Positions 38,320 to 47,956 of a DNA stretch of 64,000 nucleotides are shown piece by piece. The stretch lies in contig JAJFIV010000033.1 of assembly GCA_021774625.1 (NCBI GenBank), positions 20,732 through 84,731 on the forward strand. The letters are read 5' to 3'. This DNA comes from Alphaproteobacteria bacterium. Its GTDB lineage: Bacteria; Pseudomonadota; Alphaproteobacteria; Sphingomonadales; JAKSBY01. The notes under the pieces are model-generated. The model worked only from the letters and a program-made list of their open reading frames with translations. It had not been told where the DNA came from and did no database searches. Positions within the stretch are counted from its first letter, which is position 1. Every line of letters begins with the position of its first letter. The position numbers were made by a program, and so were the translations under genes.

Positions 38320-38853
38320 GTGAGCAACAGGAAGACCGCCCTCGCATGCAGTTTTGTAAAATGGCTGTCACTTGTCATGGTGTTCGCCATTCCCGTAATA
38401 GTGACCGGCTATTGGGTTTCGCCCGCTGGCATGCCGTTCCTCTCTCATCAGGCTGTTTCGATATTTTCTGATCCGGCGGCACTGAGTATAGGGGAACGGT
38501 TTGCGGGTTTTATGGTCGATATTATTCCGACCACGTTTCTGTGCGCCGGTCTGTGGCAGGTCAGCCGGCTGGCTGGCGCCCTTAAGGCGGGAAAATTCTT
38601 CGACGCCCCAACAATCAGCCGTCTTCACACCGCCGGTATTCTCTTTATTCTCTTTGCCATCGCCAATGTCATCGACCGTGCGTTACTGTCTGTGATCCTG
38701 ACCATACAGAATCCGCCCGGCGAGCGGATGCTGGCTCTAACTTTGGAATTAAGTGATATAGGCTTTCTGCTGTTTGGCGTTCTGTTTCTTGTCCTGATCT
38801 CGGTCTTTGCCGAAGGCCAGAAACAGCGTGAAGATCTCTCGGAAATCGTTTAG
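38320..38853 (+). CDS. DUF2975-like multi-pass membrane protein
   Basis: About 177 aa with four TM helices. Precedes a YozG-type HTH gene, which is the usual pairing. GTG 38320 follows GGAGCCGG. The ORF-track TTG at 38299 lies inside the palindrome. Confidence 0.6.
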   Translation: MSNRKTALACSFVKWLSLVMVFAIPVIVTGYWVSPAGMPFLSHQAVSIFSDPAALSIGERFAGFMVDIIPTTFLCAGLWQVSRLAGALKAGKFFDAPTISRLHTAGILFILFAIANVIDRALLSVILTIQNPPGERMLALTLELSDIGFLLFGVLFLVLISVFAEGQKQREDLSEIV

Positions 38854-38863
38854 GGGAGCCGGA

Positions 38864-39088
38864 ATGCCTATCACCGTCAGCCTTGATGTTATGCTGGCCC
38901 GGCGCAAGGTCAAATCGAAAGATCTGGCGGAATATGTCGGGATTACCGAGGCCAATCTTTCCCTGCTGAAGTCCGGCAAGGTCAAGGGCGTGCGTTTTTC
39001 AACCCTGGAAAAAATCTGCGATTATCTCGATTGCCAGCCCGGCGATCTGCTGAATTTTGAACGAAGCGGCGACAGCGGCGGGCGTTAA
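38864..39088 (+). CDS. Small Cro/C1-type HTH transcriptional regulator (YozG-like)
   Basis: 74 aa. Sequence MPITVSLDVMLARRKVKSKDLAEYVGITEANLSLLKSGKVKGVRFSTLEKICDYLDCQPGDLL. Confidence 0.8.
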   Translation: MPITVSLDVMLARRKVKSKDLAEYVGITEANLSLLKSGKVKGVRFSTLEKICDYLDCQPGDLLNFERSGDSGGR

Positions 39089-39110
39089 AAACCCCTCCAC
39101 TTTATAGCTT

Positions 39111-39965
39111 TCATTTGCTGACCAGACGGTCGTCAAGCCAATCAAGTGCGCCGGGAGTTTTCCTCCAGCCGGCCCCGCAGGCGTGCACATAGTCTGCCGC
39201 CTCATCTTCGCCCCCGACTGTCATATAATCGGGTTCCGTGTCGGGTAACGGTGAAGCGCCAAGCAGAAAAGCCGGTATATGCTCATTCGCTTCATTCGCT
39301 TCCTGCAATATCTTATTAGCCGATTTACCCTCTGGGCCTGACGCGCTAAAATGCAGCAACGCTCTGGTGTAAAGCCAGAAGGCGCTTGCATCCTCCACAT
39401 ATTCCTTCAATAACCGCTTGAGCAGATCATATTGCTCCAATTCCAGATAGCAGGCCGCCATCAGATAGCGAATTCCCTGATTATCATTTGGATTGAGCCG
39501 CAGCATTTCCCTGTAATGGGCCATTGCCTCCTCCTGCCTGCCAAGGCGCCAGAGGGTCATTGCCAGGCTGTGCCGGGCGCGCATATAGGGGCGCGTCTCG
39601 AGAAAACCCCAGAATTCCCCCACATAATCATCAAAGGCATCTCCTAGGGCAAGGCGTCCTGCCTCGACCGCCACAGACAAATGCTCACAGCTCGCATTAT
39701 CCGTAAGATTGCTTTCTATAAGAAGAAGCACATAGGCGTCAGCGCAGAGCGGCGAGGCCATGATGGCCTGATGCGCGAGATCAATCCGCCTTTTCCTGCT
39801 CGCGGCGTCGCAGGCTTCGTAAAACAAGTCCTGCGCCTTATCCATATCCGCTTCTATTTGCGCGGTGGATTTTTGTGAAACATATTGCGTTAGTACGGCA
39901 CTATCGGGAAAAACAAACGGGGAAGAATTGCTAACATCTTTTTTCATTGACATAACACGGCTCAT
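39111..39965 (-). CDS. TPR-like repeat protein (ST7-like, hypothetical)
   Basis: 284 aa, helical-repeat pattern (EEAMAHYREMLRLNPNDNQGIRYLMAACYLELEQY). Function unknown. Confidence 0.55.
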   Translation of the reverse strand: MSRVMSMKKDVSNSSPFVFPDSAVLTQYVSQKSTAQIEADMDKAQDLFYEACDAASRKRRIDLAHQAIMASPLCADAYVLLLIESNLTDNASCEHLSVAVEAGRLALGDAFDDYVGEFWGFLETRPYMRARHSLAMTLWRLGRQEEAMAHYREMLRLNPNDNQGIRYLMAACYLELEQYDLLKRLLKEYVEDASAFWLYTRALLHFSASGPEGKSANKILQEANEANEHIPAFLLGASPLPDTEPDYMTVGGEDEAADYVHACGAGWRKTPGALDWLDDRLVSK

Positions 39966-40100
39966 GCAAATGGAATTTCACTGCCATACCACAAAATATC
40001 GAAAAAAAGCTGCAAAAAAAACGTTCGTCCTACAACCACTTGCCACATCGCGCCGGGACGGATAGCTTGACACGATAATAATGATAAAAGGGAGTTGTTT

Positions 40101-41648
40101 GTGAAACAGTTGTGTATGAGGATTGCCTCTGTTATTCCGCTGGCGTTTATTTCACTCTTGGCCCTCACCGGCCCGGTAGCGGCGCAAAGTCTGGACCAGA
40201 CATTAAGCGACATTTTCGCCCCATTGGGCTCCGCGCTTTCTTCCTTTGTCTTTTACGAAATCGAGGTCAACGGGGTGGCTATCCCGCTGGTGGTGATCTG
40301 GATGGTGATCCCGCTTTTTATGCTGACCATTTATTTCGGTTTTGCCAATATCAAGCCGCGTTCTTTCAAACAGGCCTGGAAAGTCTTACGGGGACGCTAT
40401 CATGATCCCGCCGCACCCGGCGAAGTGACGCAGTTTCAGGCGCTGTCAACGGCGCTTTCCGGCACCATTGGCATCGGCAATATTGCCGGCGTCGCCATTG
40501 CCATCGCCTGGGGCGGGCCGGGCGCGACTTTCTGGATGATTCTGATCGGCCTTGGCGCCATGTCGGTCAAATTCGCTGAAGCCACGTTGGGCGTGAAATA
40601 CCGGGAAGAGCATGCGGACGGCACCGTTTCCGGCGGACCGATGTATTATCTCAAAAACGGTCTCAAGGCGCGGGGATGGCCGAAACTCGGTCTTTTTCTC
40701 GCCTTTTCCTATGCCATTGTGGGCATACCCACGCTGTTGCAGTGGGCGACGGTCAACCAGATGTTCAGCCAGTTCAGACTGACAACCGGTTTTCAGTCGG
40801 GCGCGGTATTTGGTGTTATTCTCGCCGCCCTGACGGCGGCGGTGATCCTGGGCGGCATCAAATCCATCGCCAAAGTGACGGCGAGGCTGGTGCCCTTTAT
40901 GGCGGGCATCTATCTTATCACTGCGCTCGGGGTAATCGCCTTTCATATCGGCGGCCTGCCCGATGCGGTTCTCACCATCATTACCGGCGCCTTCAGTCCC
41001 GAGGCGGTCGAGGGAGGAATTCTCGGCGTCATCATTGTCGGCATGCGGCGGGCGGTTTATTCGACGGAAGCCGGGCTCGGGACCTCCTCCATGGCCCATT
41101 CGGCGGCGAAGACGCGGGAACCCGCATCGGAAGGCATGGTGGCCCTGATGGAACCTTTCATCGACACCATCGTGGTCTCGACGATTACGGCCCTGGTGAT
41201 TATCCTGACCGGGGCCTATCAGCTCCGTCTTGAAGGCTATGACGATATCCAGATCACGTCGGCCGCCTTCACCTCGGTCATCCCCTGGTTCAAGTGGCTT
41301 TTGATGGTTGCTGTCCTGCTGTTCGGATTTTCCACCATTATTTCCTGGGGTTATTACACGGAAAAAATATGGACCTTTGTTGTTGGCGAAACCAAATGGT
41401 CCATTTACGGTTTCAGGACGATTTTCAGTATCGCCCTGATCCCGGGCGGGGTGCTTACGGCAACCCAGGTTTTCGATCTGATCGACAGTCTGTTTTTTAT
41501 GCTGGCGGTGCCCAATGTGATCGGCCTGTATTTACTGGCGCCGGTAGTCAAGGCCGAACTGAAATCCTATTTTGCCCGGGTGAAATCCGGCGAAATACAG
41601 GAAAACAAACCCGTTATCAGCCAACCAGCCAAGGAATCCGCATCATGA
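40101..41648 (+). CDS. Alanine/glycine:cation symporter (AGCS family)
   Basis: About 515 aa polytopic protein. Motifs ALSGTIGIGNIAGVAIAIAWGGPGATFWM. GTG 40101 lies 7 nt after AAGGGAG. Confidence 0.9.
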   Translation: MKQLCMRIASVIPLAFISLLALTGPVAAQSLDQTLSDIFAPLGSALSSFVFYEIEVNGVAIPLVVIWMVIPLFMLTIYFGFANIKPRSFKQAWKVLRGRYHDPAAPGEVTQFQALSTALSGTIGIGNIAGVAIAIAWGGPGATFWMILIGLGAMSVKFAEATLGVKYREEHADGTVSGGPMYYLKNGLKARGWPKLGLFLAFSYAIVGIPTLLQWATVNQMFSQFRLTTGFQSGAVFGVILAALTAAVILGGIKSIAKVTARLVPFMAGIYLITALGVIAFHIGGLPDAVLTIITGAFSPEAVEGGILGVIIVGMRRAVYSTEAGLGTSSMAHSAAKTREPASEGMVALMEPFIDTIVVSTITALVIILTGAYQLRLEGYDDIQITSAAFTSVIPWFKWLLMVAVLLFGFSTIISWGYYTEKIWTFVVGETKWSIYGFRTIFSIALIPGGVLTATQVFDLIDSLFFMLAVPNVIGLYLLAPVVKAELKSYFARVKSGEIQENKPVISQPAKESAS

Positions 41649-42046
41649 TTTCCCTCCTTTATCCCTATACAATGCTGGCGACATTGATTGTGATCGCCGT
41701 CTATTTCTGGATTGTCCTGCAAATACCCAAGGCGCGCGCCAAATACGGTGTAGACCTGCCTGCCATGTCCGGCCATCCGGATTTTGACCGGGTGCAGCGA
41801 ACCCACCAGAATACACTGGAATGGATCGTTGTCCTGCTGCCGCTGATGTGGCTGTTCGCCATCCTGGTCCACGATCTGGCGGCGGGAATTCTTGGCATGA
41901 TCTGGGGCGTTGCCCGGATTTTCTATGCCCGCGGCTACGCAAAGGAAAAAGACAAGCGGCTGCCGCCCTTTTTCGTCACCCAGATTGTTCAGGCCGTACT
42001 ATTCTTCGGATCGCTCGGGACCCTGATCTATAAATGGGTGATGTAG
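41645..42046 (+). CDS. MAPEG-family membrane protein (second copy)
   Basis: 133 aa. Begins MISLLYPYTMLATLIVIAVYFWIVLQIPKARAKYG and contains RTHQNTLEW. The ATG overlaps the symporter stop (ATGA). Confidence 0.7.
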   Translation: MISLLYPYTMLATLIVIAVYFWIVLQIPKARAKYGVDLPAMSGHPDFDRVQRTHQNTLEWIVVLLPLMWLFAILVHDLAAGILGMIWGVARIFYARGYAKEKDKRLPPFFVTQIVQAVLFFGSLGTLIYKWVM

Positions 42047-42585
42047 AAAAACAGCGCCGCTTCAGCGGACGGGTTGCCGCAAAGGCTGATATTCCGGCCA
42101 TTGGAAATTTGATGGGCCAGGCCATCCCGGCCCTGCTTGCTCCCTATCTGAGCCCCGAACAGATTGAGGCGGCTTTCGGCATCATGGGACTGGATACGCA
42201 GCTCGTTGAGGACGGCACCTATTATGTGATTGAGAATAAAGGCCGGATTGTCGGCTGCGGCGGCTGGAGCCGGCGGGCGACGCTGTTTGGCGTCGATCAT
42301 ACGACGGGCCGCGATGCCAACCTGCTCGATCCCGCAAAAGACGCCGCCCGCATCCGCGCCATGTACACCCATCCGGAATGGACCCGCAACGGCATCGGCC
42401 GGCGCATTCTTGAACTCAGCGAACAGGCAGCACTCCGGGAAGGTTTTGCCCGGTTTGAACTGGCGTCCACCCTGTCCGGCGAACCGCTTTACCGCGCCTG
42501 CGGTTATGAGCCCGTGGAAGAGTTTGAAGAGAAATTCGCGTCAGGCGTCCGCGTGCCGCTGATCCGCATGGAAAAGAGGCCGTAG
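42034..42585 (+). CDS. GNAT-family N-acetyltransferase
   Basis: 183 aa with an acetyl-CoA-binding-type motif (HPEWTRNGIGRRILE). Overlaps the MAPEG gene by 13 nt. Confidence 0.8.
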   Translation: MGDVEKQRRFSGRVAAKADIPAIGNLMGQAIPALLAPYLSPEQIEAAFGIMGLDTQLVEDGTYYVIENKGRIVGCGGWSRRATLFGVDHTTGRDANLLDPAKDAARIRAMYTHPEWTRNGIGRRILELSEQAALREGFARFELASTLSGEPLYRACGYEPVEEFEEKFASGVRVPLIRMEKRP

Positions 42586-42615
42586 AATATCTTCAATGCT
42601 GTTGCCGGAAAGGCG

Positions 42616-43431
42616 CTAAGACTGACTTCGTTGGCTGCGCGCGGCTTGGCGCAGGGTTTTCAGCACGGGCTTTTGCAGATCCTGATTGACGGCGACGATG
42701 GCGCCGGTCTGCAGCATTTTTTCGCCACCGCCAAAATCGGTGACGAAGCCGCCTGCTTCGCGCACGATCAGGATGCCCGCCGCCATGTCCCAGGGCTGCA
42801 GATCCTGTTCCCAGAAGCCGTCAAAGCGGCCCGCCGCCACATAGGCGAGGTCGAGGGAGGCGACGCCGAAACGGCGGATACCGGCAACTTCCGGCATGAA
42901 GGCGTTCAACTGGGCGGTAAAGAGATCATGGTTGGGCCGTCCGGACCAGGGAATGCCGGTGGCGAGCAGGGCTGTATTCAGTGTCTGCCGGGCGGAGACC
43001 CTGAGCCGGCGATCATTGAGATAGGCGCCGCGGCCGCGGTCGGCCCAGAACATTTCATCGCGGATCGGATCATAGATCACCCCGGCCACCAGCTTGCCTT
43101 TTTCCTCGGCCGCGATGGATATGGCGAAATGCGGCAGGCCGTGCAGAAAATTGGTGGTGCCGTCCAGCGGATCGACAATCCACCGGCCCTGAGCATTTTC
43201 CCGCTTCACCTCGCCCCGTTCTTCCATCAGAAAGGAAAAATTGGGCCGCGCAGTGGACAGTTCCTCAAAAATGGTCTGTTCGGCCTTGCGGTCGGCATTG
43301 GAGACAAAATCTGCCGGGCCCTTGCGCGACACCTGAAGATTTTCCACTTCACCGAAATCGCGGTTAAGCTTGCGGGACGCCTTGAGGGCCGCACCGGCCA
43401 TCACATTGATAAGGGGTGAGCGGAGGGCCAT
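42616..43431 (-). CDS. suhB: Inositol monophosphatase family protein (SuhB-like)
   Basis: 271 aa. Motifs WIVDPLDGTTNF and WDMAAG. Confidence 0.9.
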   Translation of the reverse strand: MALRSPLINVMAGAALKASRKLNRDFGEVENLQVSRKGPADFVSNADRKAEQTIFEELSTARPNFSFLMEERGEVKRENAQGRWIVDPLDGTTNFLHGLPHFAISIAAEEKGKLVAGVIYDPIRDEMFWADRGRGAYLNDRRLRVSARQTLNTALLATGIPWSGRPNHDLFTAQLNAFMPEVAGIRRFGVASLDLAYVAAGRFDGFWEQDLQPWDMAAGILIVREAGGFVTDFGGGEKMLQTGAIVAVNQDLQKPVLKTLRQAARSQRSQS

Positions 43432-43440
43432 AATAAATCC

Positions 43441-44004
43441 TTAATCGGCGCGGCGGACATAGGCCCGCTCCGCTGTATTGACGACAATCACATCGCCGAT
43501 ATTGACAAAAGGCGGCACCATCACCCGCGCGCCATTTTCCAGAATGGCCGGCTTGTTGGAAGACGCCGCCGTCTGGCCTTTCACCACAGGTTCCGTTTCC
43601 GTGACCTTGAGTATCACATTTTCCGGCAGCGCCATGCCGATGGCCTCGCCTTCGTAGGATTCAATGGCGACCACCATACCGTCCTGCAAAAAAGCTTCAT
43701 CCTCGCCGACATCCGCGGCGGAGAGATTGATCTGCTCGTAGGTCTCACTGTCCATAAAGGTGAACATGTCGCCCTCGCGATAGAGGAACTGATAGTCCTT
43801 CTGCTCAAGCCGCACCTTCTCCACCCGTTCGGAGGAGCGGAAGCGTTCATTCATTTTGGTGCCGTCGCGCAGGTTTTTCAGCTCCACCTGCAGATAGGCG
43901 CCGCCCTTGCCGGGCTGGGTATGCTGGGTCTTCACCGCCCGCCACAGCCCGCCCTTGTGCTCGATCACATTGCCGGGCTTAATCGTATTGCCGCCGATTT
44001 TCAT
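43441..44004 (-). CDS. efp: Elongation factor P
   Basis: 187 aa. Contains the [15 protein letters not shown] loop. Confidence 0.95.
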   Translation of the reverse strand: MKIGGNTIKPGNVIEHKGGLWRAVKTQHTQPGKGGAYLQVELKNLRDGTKMNERFRSSERVEKVRLEQKDYQFLYREGDMFTFMDSETYEQINLSAADVGEDEAFLQDGMVVAIESYEGEAIGMALPENVILKVTETEPVVKGQTAASSNKPAILENGARVMVPPFVNIGDVIVVNTAERAYVRRAD

Positions 44005-44071
44005 GGGAAAGTCTCTTAATCAAATGGAAACGCAAATTTCGCGCGGACCCTATCAGAGTGCAGAGCCGGGT

Positions 44072-44722
44072 TCAATCGGCGTTTGGGCCAATGGCTGATT
44101 CGATAACAGTATTAAAATCCGTGATCGCCTGTTTCGGGCCCTTGCGGTAATCCCAGACGCCGGAGGAGACGGCGAGGAAATCGGCGCCGGCCCCGATAAG
44201 GGGGGCGCAATTCTCGACGGTGATGCCGCCGATGGCGACGCAGGGGATTTCGGCGATAGCGGACCATTCGGTGAGAAGATCGAGGCCAGCGCTGTATTCA
44301 GTCTGTTTGGTGGCGGTGGGGAAAAAGGCGCCAAAGGCCACATAGTCGGCCCCCGCTTCCCCGGCTTCAAAGGCGAGATGTTTGGAATTGTGACAGGTCA
44401 CGCCGATGGAAGCGTCCGGGCCCAGCAGTCTGCGGGCGTCTTTCACGTTACCGTCCGTCTGCCCGAGGTGAACGCCGTCCGCGCCGACCCGTTTGGCGAT
44501 ATCCGCATGGTCGTTGATCAGAAATTCAGCGCCATGGGCGTGGCAGATGGGCATTAACGCTTCCGCGGCCTGAACAATCGCGGTATCGGAAACGCCCTTC
44601 ATGCGGAGTTGCAGACAGGCCGCGTCCCCCCCGGACAGGGCGGCTTCCAGATCGTCCGTAAAGGACGGAATGTCAAAATCCGGCGGTGATATCAGGTAAA
44701 GGCGGCAGCGGGGGTTATCCAT
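44072..44722 (-). CDS. thiE: Thiamine-phosphate synthase
   Basis: 216 aa TIM-barrel pattern (GADGVHLGQTD, VAIGGIT). Confidence 0.9.
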   Translation of the reverse strand: MDNPRCRLYLISPPDFDIPSFTDDLEAALSGGDAACLQLRMKGVSDTAIVQAAEALMPICHAHGAEFLINDHADIAKRVGADGVHLGQTDGNVKDARRLLGPDASIGVTCHNSKHLAFEAGEAGADYVAFGAFFPTATKQTEYSAGLDLLTEWSAIAEIPCVAIGGITVENCAPLIGAGADFLAVSSGVWDYRKGPKQAITDFNTVIESAIGPNAD

Positions 44723-44731
44723 GAGAAGGCG

Positions 44732-45751
44732 TTACGCCGCGTCCTGTTCCAGTTCCGGCGACCATTTGCCGAGAGTGGCCAGGCCGTTCATTTGCGCCCG
44801 ATGGGCAAAGGCGGCCGAACCCGCAGGCGCATTCGACGCCTGACCGCCCCAGGCTTTTAAGGGGGCGGCCTGCAAGGCGCGGCCATAGGAGAAACTGAGC
44901 GCCCACGGCATGTCATAGCCCGCATTCATCGCGTTGAGATGCGCGGTGGCATCCACATCCGACTGCCCGCCGGAGAGGAATACAATGCCAGGCACGGCGG
45001 CGGGCACCGTACGTTTCAGACATTTCACCGTCTGCTCGGCCACTTCGTCGATCCCGGCCCGGGCCGGATTTTCGGTGCCGGAAACCACCATATTGGGCTT
45101 CAGGATCGTGCCTTCCAGTTCCACCCGGTGTTCGTAAAGCTCGGCGTAAAGCGCGTTCAGCGCGGCCTCGGTCACCTCAAAACAGCGGGTAATGTCGTGG
45201 CCGCCATCCATGATCACTTCCGGTTCCACAATGGGTACGATATTCGCTTCCTGACAGAGCGCCGCATAGCGGGCCAGCGCGTGGGCGTTGCCATTGAGGC
45301 AGTAACGGCTCGGCATGCTTGAGCCGATATTGATGACCGCCCGCCATTTGGCGAAGCGCGCGCCAAGGCCGTGATATTCTTCCAGTCTGCCGGCAAGGCC
45401 ATCCAGCCCCTCGGTCACTTTTTCACCGGGCGCCCCGGCGAGGTCCTTGGCCCCCTTATCAACCTTGATCCCGGGAATAGCGCCCTGAGATTTGATGATA
45501 TCGACCAGCGGCGTGCCGTCGGCGGCTTTTTGGCGCAGCGTTTCGTCATACAGGATCACGCCGGAAATATGATCGGCCATGGCCGGAGTGCGGAACAGCA
45601 TTTCCCGGTAGTCCCGCCGGTTGTCCTCTGTGCTTTCCACGTTGATGGAATCGAGACGCTTCTTCATGGTGGGCGTGCTTTCATCCGCCGCCAGAATCCC
45701 CTTGCCCCGGACAACCATCGCATTCGCAATATCGGCCAGTCTTTCGCTCAT
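44732..45751 (-). CDS. fba: Fructose-bisphosphate aldolase, class I
   Basis: 339 aa from ATG 45751 (MSERLADIANAMVVRGKGILAADESTPT...). Contains VFLSGGQS. The longer ORF-track start is unlikely. Confidence 0.9.
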   Translation of the reverse strand: MSERLADIANAMVVRGKGILAADESTPTMKKRLDSINVESTEDNRRDYREMLFRTPAMADHISGVILYDETLRQKAADGTPLVDIIKSQGAIPGIKVDKGAKDLAGAPGEKVTEGLDGLAGRLEEYHGLGARFAKWRAVINIGSSMPSRYCLNGNAHALARYAALCQEANIVPIVEPEVIMDGGHDITRCFEVTEAALNALYAELYEHRVELEGTILKPNMVVSGTENPARAGIDEVAEQTVKCLKRTVPAAVPGIVFLSGGQSDVDATAHLNAMNAGYDMPWALSFSYGRALQAAPLKAWGGQASNAPAGSAAFAHRAQMNGLATLGKWSPELEQDAA

Positions 45752-45904
45752 AATCCGCTCCGCTGAAATGAATTTTCGTGAATGCTGTCTAGATACTAAA
45801 GTGCCGCTCAAAGTGCAACAAGGAGGATAACCGGGGCATAGAATTGTAAGCCGGGTGAGGCAATCCCGTTTGAAACCGTCACAGGCCCGCACAGCCTGTC
45901 CGGG

Positions 45905-46804
45905 TTAATCGTCAACAGCGTCGCGGCCGAGATTGCGCTCAAAGGCGGCGTTTTTCATGGCTTTTTGCAGTTTTTCAAACGCCCGGACCTCGATCTGGCG
46001 GACCCGTTCGCGGCTGATATCATAGACTTTGGAGAGATCTTCCAGCGTCACCGGGGGTTCTTTGAGGCGGCGTTCGCGGATGATATGCTGTTCGCGCTCG
46101 TTCAGCCCGGCCATGGCTTCTTCCAGCAGGTCGCGGCGGATGCCGAGTTCCTCATCTTCCGCAACCTGGGTTTCCTGATCCGGGGTTTCATCGACCAGCC
46201 AGTCCATCCATTCACCGTCGCCGTCGATGCGCATCGGGGCGTTCAGCGAATGGTCGGGCGCCGTCATGCGGCGGTTCATGCTGACCACATCATCTTCTGA
46301 CACACCCAGCTGAGTGGCGATATGGGCGACCTGATCGGGGTGCATGTCGCCATCATCAATGGCCTGGATCTGGCCTTTCATGCGACGGAGGTTAAAAAAC
46401 AGCTTTTTCTGGGCGGCCGTAGTGCCGATTTTCACCAGCGACCAGGAGCGCAGGATATATTCCTGCATTGCCGCCCGGATCCACCACATGGCATAGGTGG
46501 CGAGGCGAAACCCCTTCTCCGGATCAAAGCGCTTCACCGCCTGCATCATACCGACATTGCCCTCGGAAATCAGTTCCGCCACCGGCAGTCCGTAACCGCG
46601 GTAGCCCATGGCGATTTTGGCCACCAGGCGCAGATGGCTGGTCACCATTTTATGGGCAGCTTCCGTATCATCATGATCCAGCCAGGCATGGGCGAGCATA
46701 TATTCCTCTTCCTGGGTCAGCATGGGGAATTTACGGATTTCCTGCAGATAGCGGCTGAGGCTGCCTTCAGGCGATAAAACGGGGACGGTTAAGGTGTTGC
46801 TCAT
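45905..46804 (-). CDS. rpoH: RNA polymerase sigma-32 factor RpoH
   Basis: Carries the RpoH box QKKLFFNLRRMK and sigma-70 regions 2-4. ATG 46804 has AGGACAGGAA upstream. ATG 46831 would lie only ~10 nt from the predicted transcription start. Confidence 0.93.
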   Translation of the reverse strand: MSNTLTVPVLSPEGSLSRYLQEIRKFPMLTQEEEYMLAHAWLDHDDTEAAHKMVTSHLRLVAKIAMGYRGYGLPVAELISEGNVGMMQAVKRFDPEKGFRLATYAMWWIRAAMQEYILRSWSLVKIGTTAAQKKLFFNLRRMKGQIQAIDDGDMHPDQVAHIATQLGVSEDDVVSMNRRMTAPDHSLNAPMRIDGDGEWMDWLVDETPDQETQVAEDEELGIRRDLLEEAMAGLNEREQHIIRERRLKEPPVTLEDLSKVYDISRERVRQIEVRAFEKLQKAMKNAAFERNLGRDAVDD

Positions 46805-46847
46805 AAGACGTTCCTGTCCTGGCTCATCCATATTATATCATTCTGAT

Positions 46848-46876
46848 ATATTAAAGACGGATTTACAAGCTGTCAA
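46848..46876 (-). promoter_or_regulatory. Candidate sigma-70-type promoter of rpoH (TTGACA-N17-TAATAT)
   Basis: The minus strand reads TTGACA (46876-46871), spacer gcttgtaaatccgtctt (17 nt), TAATAT (46853-46848). Confidence 0.45.
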
Positions 46877-46894
46877 GCAAAGGGAAACGCAATC

Positions 46895-47914
46895 TCAGAC
46901 CTCAAAGTTCCGCAAAACCCGCAGCAATATTTCCATGTCATTTGGGACTTCGCTGGTAAATGTAAAGAGTTCCCCGGTCCTCGGATGGGAAAACCCCAAC
47001 TTTTTTGCATGCAGCGCCTGACGCGGAAACTGTCTTATTATATCGCGGATATGTGACGGAATTTTGACAGTCGCCGTTCCCGAGATTTTTCCCGGCCGGC
47101 CATAAGTCCTGTCGCCGATCAGCGGATGGCCGATGGACGACATATGCAGCCGGACCTGGTGGGTGCGCCCGGTTTCCAGTCTGCATTCGATCAGGCTGGC
47201 AACGGGGGCGGTGCCGGCGCCGAAACGCTCAACGGTGCGGTAATGAGTGACGGCATGCCGGCCGCGATCTTTCAGGATGGCCATTTTTTTACGATTCTGG
47301 GCGGACCGGCCGATATTGCCTTCGATCCGGCCATTGAAGGGCGTGGGGCCGCCGCGGACAATGGCGCCGTAAAGCCGCTCGATGGAATGGCTGGCAAACT
47401 GTTCGGACAGCGCGTGATGCGCAGCGTCATTCTTGACCACTATAATCAATCCGCTGGTATCCTTGTCGATACGGTGGACAATACCGGGGCGCTTGACTCC
47501 ACCGATGCCGGACAGGCTTGCGCCGCAATGATGGATCAGGGCATTGACCAGGGTGCCGGTAAAATTGCCGGGGCCGGGATGGACAACCAGCCCGGCGGGT
47601 TTATCAATAACAATCAGATCATCGTCTTCATAGACCACAGTCAGCGGAATGTTCTCGCCCTGTGGTTCGGGGTCCGTGGCATCCGGCATAAAAATATCAA
47701 AGGCCTCCCCGGTCTTCACTTTATAGGACGGATCCGTCACCGGATGCTTTTTGGCGACAACGGCTCCTTCCTCAATCAACTGCCTGATGCGGCTGCGGGA
47801 GAGGTCCGGAATCCGCGCGGCGAGAAATTTATCAAGGCGGATGCCCCCTTCTCCTTCCGCCACCGGAATGCTAAGCATGTCTGCACTGGATGTCACAGGA
47901 TGAAGCCGATGCAA
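46895..47914 (-). CDS. rluD: 23S rRNA pseudouridine synthase, RluD family
   Basis: 339 aa. S4-like N-terminus and catalytic motif HRIDKDTSGLIIV. Confidence 0.9.
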   Translation of the reverse strand: MHRLHPVTSSADMLSIPVAEGEGGIRLDKFLAARIPDLSRSRIRQLIEEGAVVAKKHPVTDPSYKVKTGEAFDIFMPDATDPEPQGENIPLTVVYEDDDLIVIDKPAGLVVHPGPGNFTGTLVNALIHHCGASLSGIGGVKRPGIVHRIDKDTSGLIIVVKNDAAHHALSEQFASHSIERLYGAIVRGGPTPFNGRIEGNIGRSAQNRKKMAILKDRGRHAVTHYRTVERFGAGTAPVASLIECRLETGRTHQVRLHMSSIGHPLIGDRTYGRPGKISGTATVKIPSHIRDIIRQFPRQALHAKKLGFSHPRTGELFTFTSEVPNDMEILLRVLRNFEV

Positions 47915-47956
47915 AAAATGTCAGAACCGGCTAATGACCGGCATGTCCCTTCCCGC

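Noticed and set aside
39966-40100. Checked for a glycine riboswitch upstream of the alanine/glycine symporter, and for TPP riboswitches near thiD and thiE
   Set aside because: I found no conserved riboswitch cores. thiD and thiE start directly after, or overlap, upstream genes.
47126-47956. Upstream part of the 387-aa plus-strand ORF 47126..48289
   Set aside because: It is antisense to rluD, which carries the HRIDKDTSG catalytic motif. Only the tail from ATG 47957 is kept, as a small membrane protein.
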